Assembly: GCA_964591165.1 (NCBI GenBank)
Contig: CAZPZW010000001.1
Coordinates: forward strand, 46,569 to 110,568
Direction: 5' to 3'
Source of the DNA: an uncultured Thermoanaerobaculia bacterium
GTDB lineage: Bacteria > Acidobacteriota > Thermoanaerobaculia > Multivoradales > JAGPDF01
Length of the DNA: 64,000 bases
Part shown: positions 41,202 through 50,382 of the stretch, one piece after another
Position numbering within the stretch: position 1 is the stretch's first letter
Layout of the letters: each line of letters starts with the position of its first letter
Notes under the pieces: generated by a model
Databases searched by the model: none
The model's input: only the letters and a program-made list of their open reading frames with translations
What the model was told of the DNA's origin: nothing
Position numbers and translations under genes: made by a program

Positions 41202-41678
41202 TCAGGATTCGGGTTCGCTGCTGTGCTTGAGCTGGCGGGAGAGGATCCACCACCGGCCCTGATCGCGCACCAGGCTGTAGACCAGCTCGTTCTCCTGGCT
41301 CGGCGACTCGGAGACCATCTGCTCGCTCCCCAGCGCGACGACGCGGAGATTCCACGTCTCGATGACGTTCGCCGTGCCGCTGGTGGCGCTGTGCAGGTCG
41401 ATGGCCGCGACTCGACGGTGCAAGAGCCGGGCGCGCAGTCCCCTTCCCTGGTCGCTCAGCTCGGCGATCCGGGCCTCGACCCGGGTGAGCTCCCGCGGGG
41501 TGACCAGCGCGCGGAGCGGTTCGCTCGAGCCCTGGGAATAGGCCGCGGAGAGTGCCGCCGGATAGGCGGCAAGGAGCTCCTCGACGGCCTTGCGGTCGGC
41601 CGCGCGCCGTTCGGCGCCGCCGCACGCCAGGAGGAGACCGAAGCAGCAGATCGCGAGCCCGGGGCGTTGCATTGCCAT
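41202..41678 (-). CDS. Hypothetical lipoprotein
   Basis: Signal peptide with lipobox (LLLACG). 158 aa, with a possibly NTF2-like fold. Located 2 nt upstream of der. Confidence 0.45.
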   Translation of the reverse strand: MAMQRPGLAICCFGLLLACGGAERRAADRKAVEELLAAYPAALSAAYSQGSSEPLRALVTPRELTRVEARIAELSDQGRGLRARLLHRRVAAIDLHSATSGTANVIETWNLRVVALGSEQMVSESPSQENELVYSLVRDQGRWWILSRQLKHSSEPES

Positions 41679-41715
41679 TCACACTACCAAAGGCGTGGAC
41701 GGGGCGCCCGTTCGG

Positions 41716-41745
41716 TTGACAGTCTCGCGCGCCGGTCCATACAAT
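41716..41745 (+). promoter_or_regulatory. Sigma-70 promoter for tRNA-Leu (TTGACA-18nt-TACAAT)
   Basis: Consensus -35 TTGACA (41716-41721) and near-consensus -10 TACAAT (41740-41745). The tRNA 5' end lies 10 nt downstream. Confidence 0.5.
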
Positions 41746-41754
41746 CCCGGCGGC

Positions 41755-41843
<89 letters not shown>

Positions 41844-41853
41844 TTCCTTCGAT

Positions 41854-42216
41854 TCAGGAGAGCACCAGGACGCCGCGAGCGAACGGTTCGCCGTCGCGCG
41901 ACAGCGTGCCTTCGATGCGAGTCAGCCCGCCGAATCCCCCGGCCGCCTCGACCCTCACTTCGACGAGGTCCCCGGGCTGCGGCAGGCTGGAGGCTTCGAG
42001 GCGCTCGATGGCCGCCAAGCGCCGCGGTCGATCCTCCTGGCCGGGGGGCTTCGCTAGCAGCAGCGCTGCGCCTTGGGCGAGGAGCTCGGCGCAGAACGGC
42101 ACCGGCAGGCCGCCGGCGCCGCGCAGCCAGGTCGAGTTCGCCGTGATGGTCGCCCGGGCCACACCGCCCTCGCAGCCTTCGAGCCAGCGAAAGGGGAACC
42201 GGTGCGGCAGCGACAC
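41854..42216 (-). CDS. FabA/FabZ-like hotdog-fold 3-hydroxyacyl-ACP dehydratase (small, 120 aa)
   Basis: LPHRFPFRWLEG...ANSTWLRG...PFCAELLAQGAALL parallels FabZ LPHRYPFLLVD...GHFP...PGVL(I/M)(V/I)EA(L/M)AQ. Immediately downstream of an ACP gene. Confidence 0.55.
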   Translation of the reverse strand: MSLPHRFPFRWLEGCEGGVARATITANSTWLRGAGGLPVPFCAELLAQGAALLLAKPPGQEDRPRRLAAIERLEASSLPQPGDLVEVRVEAAGGFGGLTRIEGTLSRDGEPFARGVLVLS

Positions 42217-42219
42217 GAG

Positions 42220-42480
42220 CTAGGTCGAGACCGCCGGGGCGCGCTTGCTCGCGATGAACTCGGCGATCTGGTCGACGGTCGCCAGGACCTGCGACCCGAC
42301 CTGCTGGTCGTCGACGGTCACACCGAATTCCTGTTCCAACCCGAGGACGAGCTCGAGAGCGTCGATCGAGTCGAGGCCCAGCCCCTCCGGTCCGAACAGC
42401 GGTTCGGTGTCACCGATGCTCGAGGGATCCCGCTCCAGCTTGAGGCGCTCCACGATCAGGGACTTGATGCGATCTTTCAT
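42220..42480 (-). CDS. Acyl carrier protein
   Basis: Phosphopantetheine attachment motif GLDSID. 86 aa and acidic. Confidence 0.85.
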   Translation of the reverse strand: MKDRIKSLIVERLKLERDPSSIGDTEPLFGPEGLGLDSIDALELVLGLEQEFGVTVDDQQVGSQVLATVDQIAEFIASKRAPAVST

Positions 42481-42535
42481 CGGATACCCGCAGAAGATGC
42501 CTTCCGCGGGAATGCTAGCACGGCACCGGCTCGGT

Positions 42536-43279
42536 TCAGGCGGTGAGCAGCCCTCCGTCGACGCGCAGCGTCTGACCGGTGATGTAGGAGGCCTCGCGCG
42601 AGGCGAGGAACGCGATGGCTGCCGCCACCTCTTCGGGCCGGCCCGTGCGCCCCATCGGAACGTCCTCGAGAGCCTCCTTCAGCTTCTCCGCCGGCATCAA
42701 CGCCAGCAGATCGGTCGCGACGTAGCCCGGAGCCACCGCATTGACGGTCACCCCGAAGGTGGCGACTTCGCGGGCGAGCGACTTGACGAAGGCGATCAAT
42801 CCCCCCTTCGCCGCGCTGTAGTGCGTCTGCCCTCGCTGCCCGGCGACCCCGCTCGCGCTCGCCACCGCGATCACCCTTCCCCACCGTCTCGCCAACATCC
42901 CTTTGATCACCGACCTGGTGAGGCGAAAGCTCGAGCTCAAGTTGATCTCCAGCAGCTCGTCCCAATCCTGCTCGCTGACGAAGGGCAGCAGTGCGTCACG
43001 CGTCGCGCCCGCGTTGAGCACCAGGATCTGGACCTCGCCGAGATCGTCGCGTACCGCGGCGGCGAGCGCCGGGATGGCGGCGCGTTCGAGCAGGTCCAGC
43101 CGATAGGCGCGGCCGCCGAGCTCCTCTGCGAGCCGCAGAGCCCCCTCCTCCTGGCGCAGGTAGGTCAGCGCGACGCGGCAGCCGGAGCGCGCCAGGGCGC
43201 GCGCGGTGGCTGCGCCGATGCCGGCGCTGGCGCCGGTGATCAGCGCGACCGGCCGCTCCGCGGCTTGCGCTTCGCTCAC
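42536..43279 (-). CDS. 3-oxoacyl-ACP reductase-like SDR (FabG family)
   Basis: TGASAGIG Rossmann motif, NAG, and YSAAK catalytic motif. GTG start at 43279 with a GGAGAAG RBS; the ATG at 43396 is the alternative. Confidence 0.75.
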   Translation of the reverse strand: MSEAQAAERPVALITGASAGIGAATARALARSGCRVALTYLRQEEGALRLAEELGGRAYRLDLLERAAIPALAAAVRDDLGEVQILVLNAGATRDALLPFVSEQDWDELLEINLSSSFRLTRSVIKGMLARRWGRVIAVASASGVAGQRGQTHYSAAKGGLIAFVKSLAREVATFGVTVNAVAPGYVATDLLALMPAEKLKEALEDVPMGRTGRPEEVAAAIAFLASREASYITGQTLRVDGGLLTA

Positions 43280-43329
43280 GGCCGCTTCTCCACTTCTGAT
43301 TCGAGCATCTTCAGCTCCTCCCGCGAGCC

Positions 43330-44223
43330 TCACAGAGCCCGCCCCTCGGCCAGCGCTTCGCGCACCGTGCGCCAGGGCAACCCCGCAAGAGTCCAACGGA
43401 ACCGCTCACGGTAGCCCTGACGGGACGCGTCGTGGAAGAACCGCGCGAACCCGGTCATCAGACCGGGAACCGGCCGATCCACCAGCTCCCACGGGTGAAC
43501 CACCAACAGGGGCAGACCGCCGGCACGAAGTCTGCCTCGCGCCGCAGCGAGAATCCAGCGCGGCGCAGCGGCCCGTCCGCACCATCCCCCGGCGGGCAAG
43601 CGCAGCGCGCCACCCCAGGTCAAGGGCGGCGCCTCGGCGAGCTCGAGACCGTCCGACCAGCGCCAGCGCACCGGCAACGTCGGATTGGCTCGCGCACCGG
43701 CCCCGGCCGCCGGCATGAGCGAGCTGTCGTAGGCGAACCCGGCTTCGGCGACCCGTCGCAGGCGCGGGTTGTCCGGCGTCCGCAGCGACCACTCGGGCGC
43801 TCGGTAGCCGGCGATTCCGGTCCCGATCAGGTCCTCGAGCAGTCGCTTGGCGTCCGAGATCTCCTCCGAGAACTGCGCCAGCGAAAGCTCCCCGGCACGC
43901 CGGTGGTGGAACCCGTGACAGGCAATCTCGTGGCCTGCCGCGGCCAGCTCGCGCAGGCGCGGCGCGATTCGCGCGGCGAGCTCGCCCAGGACGAAGAACG
44001 TGGCGCGGGCGCCGGTGCGTTCGAGCTCCCCGGCGAGCTCGGGCAGTAGGCGGTCGAGCTCGTCGCGAAAACCCGGGCGACGGTCCGGATCGTTGTACTC
44101 CGGGATCCAGCAGGTGTGGTACCACTCCTCCACGTCCACGGTGAGCGCCGGGAGGAACCGGCCGGCGAGCCGCGTGCTCTCAGGGCGCGTCATCGACCTT
44201 GTGACGGATCGAGGCCAGCGCAA
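43330..44223 (-). CDS. Polysaccharide deacetylase (NodB-homology) family protein
   Basis: [10 protein letters not shown]-terminal catalytic motif and His-containing motifs ([10 protein letters not shown]). 297 aa. Confidence 0.8.
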   Translation of the reverse strand: MRWPRSVTRSMTRPESTRLAGRFLPALTVDVEEWYHTCWIPEYNDPDRRPGFRDELDRLLPELAGELERTGARATFFVLGELAARIAPRLRELAAAGHEIACHGFHHRRAGELSLAQFSEEISDAKRLLEDLIGTGIAGYRAPEWSLRTPDNPRLRRVAEAGFAYDSSLMPAAGAGARANPTLPVRWRWSDGLELAEAPPLTWGGALRLPAGGWCGRAAAPRWILAAARGRLRAGGLPLLVVHPWELVDRPVPGLMTGFARFFHDASRQGYRERFRWTLAGLPWRTVREALAEGRAL

Positions 44224-44860
44224 TGCGCACCGTGTCCGCGAACGGCCGGAAGTGACTCGGCTGCCCCTCGTAGATCGTCCTCACCGGCACGTGACCGAGG
44301 CGGGCCGCGCAGCGCCCCGCCTTGATGAGCATCTCCGACTCGATGGCGTAGTCGTCGGCGCACAATCGGAGCCGGCGCAGGAGCGTCGAAGCGAGCATCC
44401 GATAGCCCGACTGCGAATCTTGGAGCTCGTAGCCGGTCATCCAGGAGAGGATCCGGGTTCCGATGTAGTTCGTCCAGTAGCGCGCCCTGGGGATCCGGCG
44501 CGTATCCTGCAATCGCGTGCCGACGAGCAGGTCGTAGTGCCCCGCGTCCCAGGCGTCGATCAGACGCGGGAGATCCGCGGGATCGTGCTGCCCGTCGCCG
44601 TCGAGCAGGACGACGGCCGCGACGCCGAGCGCGAGCGCGTGCTCGATGCCGATCCGCAGCGCCGCCCCCTTGCCGCGATTCTGCGCCAGCGAGATCACGC
44701 GGGCGCCCGCCGCGGCGGCGAGCTCGGCGGTACCGTCGCTGCTGCCGTCGTCGACCACGATCACGTCGCTCAGCCAGCGGCTGACACCCGTCACCACCCC
44801 GGCGATGGTCGGTTCACAGTCGTAGGCCGGGATGACGGCGGCAAGGTCGGAGCGGGCCAC
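44180..44860 (-). CDS. Family-2 glycosyltransferase, short DPM1/polyprenyl-phosphate glycosyltransferase-like
   Basis: GT-A fold motifs (VIPAYDCEPTI, VVDDGSSDGT, DGDGQHD). 226 aa with no C-terminal TM region. Confidence 0.8.
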   Translation of the reverse strand: MARSDLAAVIPAYDCEPTIAGVVTGVSRWLSDVIVVDDGSSDGTAELAAAAGARVISLAQNRGKGAALRIGIEHALALGVAAVVLLDGDGQHDPADLPRLIDAWDAGHYDLLVGTRLQDTRRIPRARYWTNYIGTRILSWMTGYELQDSQSGYRMLASTLLRRLRLCADDYAIESEMLIKAGRCAARLGHVPVRTIYEGQPSHFRPFADTVRIALASIRHKVDDAP

Positions 44861-44920
44861 GGGACAGCGCCTTATAACACAGGCAAAAAGAGGGTGACCC
44901 TCTTGTCCTGGAACGGGGCC

Positions 44921-44938
44921 ATGTGAGAGTCTTCACAG
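44921..44938 (+). promoter_or_regulatory. Candidate Rex operator (ATGTGAGAGTCTTCACAG) abutting the nuoA start
   Basis: Matches the Rex consensus TTGTGAA-N4-TTCACAA at 15 of 18 positions, with the TGTGA-N6-TCACA core intact. Ends 1 nt before the nuoA GTG. The rex gene lies at the 3' end of the same operon. Confidence 0.5.
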
Positions 44939-45334
44939 GTGCCGCAAACGTACGCGCCAGTTCTCTTCGCCATCCTGATCGCCTTCGCGCTGGCGACCGT
45001 CCTGCTCGCCATCTCCTGGTTCGCGGGCAAGCGCACGCCGGGACGAATCAAGCAGTCCACCTACGAGTCGGGACTGCCGCTCCTCGACCGCTCCCGTAAG
45101 CGCCTCTCGGTCGCGTTCTTCCTGATCGCCATCGACTTCGTGGTCTTCGACGTCGAGGCCGCGTTCCTCTATCCGTGGGTGGTCGTGCTGCGCGAAGGCG
45201 GATGGCCCTTGTTCTGGGCGGTGATGGCCTTCATCGGCCTGATCCTGGTCGGATACGCCTACGTCTGGAAGAAGGGCGGCCTCGAGATCGTCACCCGTCC
45301 GGGGCGCCTCGCCAAGGAGGTCGGAAGGTCATGA
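44939..45334 (+). CDS. nuoA: NADH-quinone oxidoreductase subunit A
   Basis: Aligns along its length with NuoA/Nqo7 (three TM helices; FDVEAAFLYPW motif). GTG start. Confidence 0.88.
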   Translation: MPQTYAPVLFAILIAFALATVLLAISWFAGKRTPGRIKQSTYESGLPLLDRSRKRLSVAFFLIAIDFVVFDVEAAFLYPWVVVLREGGWPLFWAVMAFIGLILVGYAYVWKKGGLEIVTRPGRLAKEVGRS

Positions 45335-45828
45335 GCGAGAGGCGGGCGACGGCCATGGCCGCGCTTCCCGAGCGCGCCATCGAGGAGATTCTGGCCCTGC
45401 GGCCCCGCTATCCCACGCTCGAGGCTCTGATGCTGCCGGCGTTGCACATCGCCCAGCGCGTCTCGGGCGGCTGGCTCCCCGAGGCCGCCATCGAGGCGGT
45501 GGCCGAGCTGCTCGAGGTCCCGGTGGCGAAGGTGGCTGGCGTCGTCTCGTTCTACGACATGTACCACGAGCGCCCGGTCGGCCGGCATCGGATCCGGGTG
45601 TGCACCAATCTCTCCTGTCAGCTGCGCGGCGGCGAGGAGATCCTCGCCGCGATCGGCGACGAGCTGAGCGTCGGCGAGGGCGAAATCACCCCCGACGGGC
45701 GCTGCTCTTACGTCCACTTCGAGTGCCTCGGCTCGTGCGACACCGCGCCGATGATGATGGTGGACGACGACTATCACGAGAATCTGACCCCGGAACGCGC
45801 GCGGCGCATCGTCCGCGACCTGGAGTGA
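45331..45828 (+). CDS. nuoE: NADH-quinone oxidoreductase subunit E (24 kDa, [2Fe-2S])
   Basis: Thioredoxin-like [2Fe-2S] ligands (CTNLSC...CLGSCDTAP). ATGA overlap with nuoA; nuoB/C/D are absent between A and E. Confidence 0.9.
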   Translation: MSERRATAMAALPERAIEEILALRPRYPTLEALMLPALHIAQRVSGGWLPEAAIEAVAELLEVPVAKVAGVVSFYDMYHERPVGRHRIRVCTNLSCQLRGGEEILAAIGDELSVGEGEITPDGRCSYVHFECLGSCDTAPMMMVDDDYHENLTPERARRIVRDLE

Positions 45829-45830
45829 GC

Positions 45831-47129
45831 ATGTCCTTCGAGCGCGTCCTGACCCGCAACGTCGGCCGACCCGAAGCCCTCACCGTGCGCGGCTACCGCG
45901 AGAGCGGCGGCTACGATGCTCTCGCCAAGGCGCTCAAGATGCAGCCCGAGGAGGTCATCGAAGAGGTCAAGCGCTCCGGCTTGCGCGGACGCGGCGGTGC
46001 GGGCTTCCCTTGCGGCATGAAGTGGAGCTTCGTGCCGCGCGCGAGCGACCGGCCGAAGTACATCGTCTGCAACGCCGACGAGTCCGAGCCGGGGACTTTC
46101 AAGGACCGTCTGCTCATGGAGCACGATCCGCACCAGCTGATCGAGGGCTGCATCATCGCCGGCTGGGCTGTCGGGGCCAACACCACCTACATCTACATCC
46201 GAGGCGAGTACACCAAGTCGGCGCGCATCCTCGAGGACGCCATCCGCGACGCCTACGACCGCGGGGTGCTGGGAGCGAGCGTGCTCGGCAGCGGCTTCCG
46301 GCACGACGTCTACGTGCACAGCGGCGCCGGGGCCTACATCTGCGGCGAGGAGACCGGGCTGCTCGAGTCCCTCGAGGGCAAGCGCGGACAGCCCCGCGTC
46401 AAACCCCCCTTCCCCGCGGTGGTGGGTGCCTTCGGGTGCCCGACGGTGATCAACAACGTCGAGACGCTGTGCTGCGTCACCCACATCCTGGCGCGCGGCT
46501 CCGAGTGGTTCAAGGGAATCGGCACCGACGAGCGGAATACCGGCCCGAAGCTCTATGCCGTGTCCGGTCACGTCGAGCGACCGGGAACCTACGAGCACCC
46601 GATCGGCATCACCTTCCAGGAGGTGCTCGACGGCTGTGGCGGGATGTACAAGCGCCGTCGACTCAAGGCGTGGATCCCGGGCGGCGCCTCGGCGCCGATG
46701 ATGACGGCCGACGAGGCCGGCCTCAAGATGGACTTCGACACGCTCGCCAAGGCCGGGAGCATGCTCGGATCGGCGGCGGTCATCGTCATGGACGAGACCA
46801 CCTGCATCGTCCGCGCGACGCTGCGGCTAGCCGAGTTCTTCGCGCACGAGTCCTGCGGCCAGTGCACCCCCTGCCGCGAAGGCACCAACTGGATGCGCAT
46901 TCTGCTCGAGCGCATCGAGAGCGGCCACGGCTCGGAGGCCGACCTCGACCTGCTCGGCCGAGTGGTGCCCAACGTCGGCGGCATCTCGCTCTGCGCCCTG
47001 GGCGACGCGGCACAAGGGCCCGTACGCTCGCTGGTCGCCAAGTTCTCCGAGGAGATCCGCGAGAACCTGCGGGCCCATCGCTATCCTCTGCCCCGCGTCC
47101 GTTTCTTCGACCTCGGAGCCGCTGCCTGA
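45831..47129 (+). CDS. nuoF: NADH-quinone oxidoreductase subunit F (51 kDa, FMN/NADH-binding)
   Basis: GRGGAGFP FMN/NADH-binding motif and the N3 [4Fe-4S] cysteines (ESCGQCTPCREG). Confidence 0.93.
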   Translation: MSFERVLTRNVGRPEALTVRGYRESGGYDALAKALKMQPEEVIEEVKRSGLRGRGGAGFPCGMKWSFVPRASDRPKYIVCNADESEPGTFKDRLLMEHDPHQLIEGCIIAGWAVGANTTYIYIRGEYTKSARILEDAIRDAYDRGVLGASVLGSGFRHDVYVHSGAGAYICGEETGLLESLEGKRGQPRVKPPFPAVVGAFGCPTVINNVETLCCVTHILARGSEWFKGIGTDERNTGPKLYAVSGHVERPGTYEHPIGITFQEVLDGCGGMYKRRRLKAWIPGGASAPMMTADEAGLKMDFDTLAKAGSMLGSAAVIVMDETTCIVRATLRLAEFFAHESCGQCTPCREGTNWMRILLERIESGHGSEADLDLLGRVVPNVGGISLCALGDAAQGPVRSLVAKFSEEIRENLRAHRYPLPRVRFFDLGAAA

Positions 47130-48757
47130 TGCCCAAAGTCGTCATCGATGGCCGAACCGTCGAGGTTCCCGCCGGCACCAACCTCATCGAAGCGGGCCTC
47201 CAGGTCGGCGTGCAGATTCCGCACTACTGCTACCACCCGCGGCTCTCGGTCGTCGGCCAGTGCCGGATGTGCATGGTCGAGATCGAGGGCATGCCGAAGC
47301 TCCAGGCCGCCTGCTCCACGCAGGTGATGAAGGACGGGATGGTGGTCAAGACCGCGTCTCCCAACGCGGCGGAGGCCCAGCGGGCGATCATGGAGTTCCT
47401 GCTGATCAACCACCCCCTCGACTGCCCGATCTGCGATCAGGCCGGCGAATGCGGTCTGCAGGACTACTCCTTCAAGCATGGCCAGGCCTTCTCCCGGTTC
47501 CGCTTCGAGGAGAAAAGGACCTATCCGGAGAAGGAGCGCATCCCGCTCGGACCGTCGGTCCTGCTCAACATGAACCGCTGCATCCAGTGCACGCGGTGCA
47601 TCCGCTTCACCCAGGAGATCTCCAAGACCGGCGAGCTCGCCTTCTTCGAGCGCGGATCGCACGCCGAGATCGGGACCTTCCCCGGCAAACCGCTGGACAA
47701 CCCGCTGGCCGCGAACGTGGTCGACATCTGTCCGGTCGGAGCGCTCACCTCCACCCGCTTCCGGTTCACCGAGCGGGTCTGGAATCTCGATCGCAGGCCC
47801 TCGATCTGCACCGGCTGCGACGCGGGCTGCAACATCACCATCGAGCACCGCCGCGGATCGATCAAGCGGTACAAGCCACGCTTCAATCCCGAGGTCAACG
47901 ACTATTGGATCTGCGACTTCGGGCGCGGCTCCTACGAGCGTTTCCAGGGACAGTCCCGGCTCACCTTCCCTCAGGTGCAGCGCTCCGGTACGCGACAGCC
48001 GGCGAGCTGGAGGGAGGCCCTGGACACCGTAGCATCCGCGCTGCGGGCGCGGCGTGACGACGGAGTGGTCGCGGTTCTCGGATCCGGCTTCCTCTCGACC
48101 GAGGAGGCGTTCCTGCTCGCCAAGCTCTCCGCCGTCATGGATGCTCCGCATCGCTCCATCTGGGTCGACAGCGGCCCGGCCCGCTCGATCCCCAACCTCG
48201 CCGGTGGAGTGACCGGGCGCGACGCCTCGCCGAACCGGCGCGGCGCCGAGCTCGCGGGGCTCGTCCCCGGCGCAGAGGGGATCGACGCCGAGGCCCTGCT
48301 GCTCGAAGGCGCCGCGGCGCGCTGCGCCGTGCTGCTCGTCGCCGATAGCGACTTCGGCAAGGCCGCGCACGACCCGAAAGTGGTCGAGCGGCTGCGTGAG
48401 GCGGCCCTCTTGGTGGTCATGGGCTGGGCCGACACGCCGCTCGCGCGCGTCGCCGATGTCGTCCTTCCAGCGGCCACGCACGCCGAGCGCGAGGGGACGT
48501 TCGTCAACGTCGAGTGGCGCGTGCAACGCTTCGAGCGCGCCTACCCGCCGCCGGCCCAGGTCCGCCCCGCGCTCGAGATCCTCGCCGACCTGCTGTCACG
48601 CTTCGACGCCAAGTGGTCGACGGTGACCCCGGCGGCGGTCTTCGACCTGCTGGCCGAGGAAGTCGCCGAATTCTCCGGACTGCGCTACCAGGACATTCCG
48701 GCCACCGGACAGACCGTCGCGCGAGCCCGTGCCGCGACTTCGGGTGCGGGAGCCTGA
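47129..48757 (+). CDS. nuoG: NADH-quinone oxidoreductase subunit G (75 kDa), short form
   Basis: N-terminal 2Fe-2S and 4Fe-4S Cys motifs (CYHPRLSVVGQCRMC; HPLDCPICDQAGEC; CIQCTRC) and a molybdopterin-like domain. Only 542 aa. Confidence 0.88.
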   Translation: MPKVVIDGRTVEVPAGTNLIEAGLQVGVQIPHYCYHPRLSVVGQCRMCMVEIEGMPKLQAACSTQVMKDGMVVKTASPNAAEAQRAIMEFLLINHPLDCPICDQAGECGLQDYSFKHGQAFSRFRFEEKRTYPEKERIPLGPSVLLNMNRCIQCTRCIRFTQEISKTGELAFFERGSHAEIGTFPGKPLDNPLAANVVDICPVGALTSTRFRFTERVWNLDRRPSICTGCDAGCNITIEHRRGSIKRYKPRFNPEVNDYWICDFGRGSYERFQGQSRLTFPQVQRSGTRQPASWREALDTVASALRARRDDGVVAVLGSGFLSTEEAFLLAKLSAVMDAPHRSIWVDSGPARSIPNLAGGVTGRDASPNRRGAELAGLVPGAEGIDAEALLLEGAAARCAVLLVADSDFGKAAHDPKVVERLREAALLVVMGWADTPLARVADVVLPAATHAEREGTFVNVEWRVQRFERAYPPPAQVRPALEILADLLSRFDAKWSTVTPAAVFDLLAEEVAEFSGLRYQDIPATGQTVARARAATSGAGA

Positions 48758-48769
48758 GGGGAGCGTGGC

Positions 48770-49861
48770 ATGACGACGCAGGCACTCGCCACGGCGGTCC
48801 TCATGGGGACCTGGACCATCGCCCTGATCACCGTCACGGTGGTCATGCTCTGGCTCGAGCGCCGGGCCCCGGCGTTCATGCAGGATCGCCTGGGGCCGAA
48901 TCGCCTCGGCCCGCAGGGGCTCTTCCAAGCGATCGCCGATGTTCTCAAGTTCATCTTCAAGGAGGACCTCAACCCGTCGGCGGCCGACAAGGGGCTCTAT
49001 CTCCTAGCACCGACCGTGGGCTTCGTGGCCTCGATGATCACCTACGTGGTCATCCCGGTCGGTCCCCCGATCGAGATCGCCGGGCAGCGGATCTCGCTCG
49101 CGGTCGTCGATTCCGACAGCGGCATGCTGCTCTTTCTCGCCCTCGCCAGCCTGGGCGTCTACGGCCTGGTGCTCGCCGGATACAGCTCGAACAACAAGTG
49201 GTCCCTGATCGGTGCGATCCGCGCTTCGGCGCAGATGATCAGCTACGAGCTGGCGCTCACCCTTTCGGTCGTCGCGACGCTCATCCCGGCCGCTTCGCTC
49301 AACCTGTCGCAGGTGGTCGATCACCAGGTCTCGCGCCACCTCTGGGACTTCCTGCCCGCCTGGAACGTCTTCCTGCAGCCGCTCGGATTCCTGGTGTTCA
49401 TGGTCGCCGCCTTCGCGGAGACCAACCGCACACCCTTCGATCTGCCTGAGGCCGAGTCGGAGCTCGTCGCCGGCTACCACACCGAGTACGGCGGCCTCCG
49501 TCTGGCGCTCTTCTACATGGGCGAGTACCAGTCGATGGCGGTGCTCTCGGTGCTCTGCGCGACGCTCTACTTCGGCGGCTGGTCGATTCCAGGGATCGAC
49601 CTCGCCGCGGCGGGTGCCTGGCTCGCCGACCTCGGCGTCTCGCCCGGATTCATGAGCGCCGGAGTCTGGACGGGCATCCTCGGCTTCGCCACCCTGGTCG
49701 GCAAGTCCGCGCTGATGATGTTCTTCTACATCTGGGTGCGTTGGACCTTCCCGCGGTTCCGCTACGACCAGCTCATGCGGCTCGGCTGGAAGGTCCTGCT
49801 GCCGCTCTCGCTGGTCAACTTGATCGCGGTCGCCGCCGCGGCGATCGCCGGGAGGGTCTGA
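48770..49861 (+). CDS. nuoH: NADH-quinone oxidoreductase subunit H
   Basis: Canonical NuoH/ND1 (LERRAPAFMQDRLGPNRLGPQGLFQAIAD). Confidence 0.92.
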   Translation: MTTQALATAVLMGTWTIALITVTVVMLWLERRAPAFMQDRLGPNRLGPQGLFQAIADVLKFIFKEDLNPSAADKGLYLLAPTVGFVASMITYVVIPVGPPIEIAGQRISLAVVDSDSGMLLFLALASLGVYGLVLAGYSSNNKWSLIGAIRASAQMISYELALTLSVVATLIPAASLNLSQVVDHQVSRHLWDFLPAWNVFLQPLGFLVFMVAAFAETNRTPFDLPEAESELVAGYHTEYGGLRLALFYMGEYQSMAVLSVLCATLYFGGWSIPGIDLAAAGAWLADLGVSPGFMSAGVWTGILGFATLVGKSALMMFFYIWVRWTFPRFRYDQLMRLGWKVLLPLSLVNLIAVAAAAIAGRV

Positions 49862-49863
49862 GG

Positions 49864-50382
49864 ATGGAGCTCGCCTTCTTCATCCTGCTCGCGGCGGCCA
49901 CCCTGATCTCGGCCGTCGTGGTGGTGTTCCATCGCAATCCGGTCTACTCCACCATGAGCCTGGTGGTCACCCTGGTGGCGACCGCCGGACTCTTCGTCAT
50001 GCTCGGGTCGCCGTTCCTGGCGGCGCTCCAGATCCTGCTCTACACGGGCGCCATCCTGGTTCTCTTCCTCTTCGTCATCATGCTGCTCAACGTCCAGCGG
50101 GAGCGCGCCGCGAGCACCCGGATCAGCGGCCTCGCTGCCGGTGCGGCGATCTGCGCGGTGGTGCTCGCCGGCGCGGTGATGCGGTTGTTCTGGGCGGCCC
50201 ACGCCGACACCACGCCCGCGCCGATCGATCCCGAGCGCTTCGGCATCGTCGCGGTGGCGCGCGAGCTCTTCGGCTCCTACCTCCTGCCCTTCGAGATCAT
50301 CGGGCTCCTGCTGCTGGTCGCGGTGGTCGCTGCCAGCTGGGTCGCCAAACGGCCCGAATCCGGTCCGTCGGAGGAGGGCTGA
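49864..50382 (+). CDS. nuoJ: NADH-quinone oxidoreductase subunit J
   Basis: NuoJ/ND6-like (FFILLAAATLISAVVVVFHRNPVYS). It follows nuoH directly, with no nuoI. Confidence 0.85.
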   Translation: MELAFFILLAAATLISAVVVVFHRNPVYSTMSLVVTLVATAGLFVMLGSPFLAALQILLYTGAILVLFLFVIMLLNVQRERAASTRISGLAAGAAICAVVLAGAVMRLFWAAHADTTPAPIDPERFGIVAVARELFGSYLLPFEIIGLLLLVAVVAASWVAKRPESGPSEEG

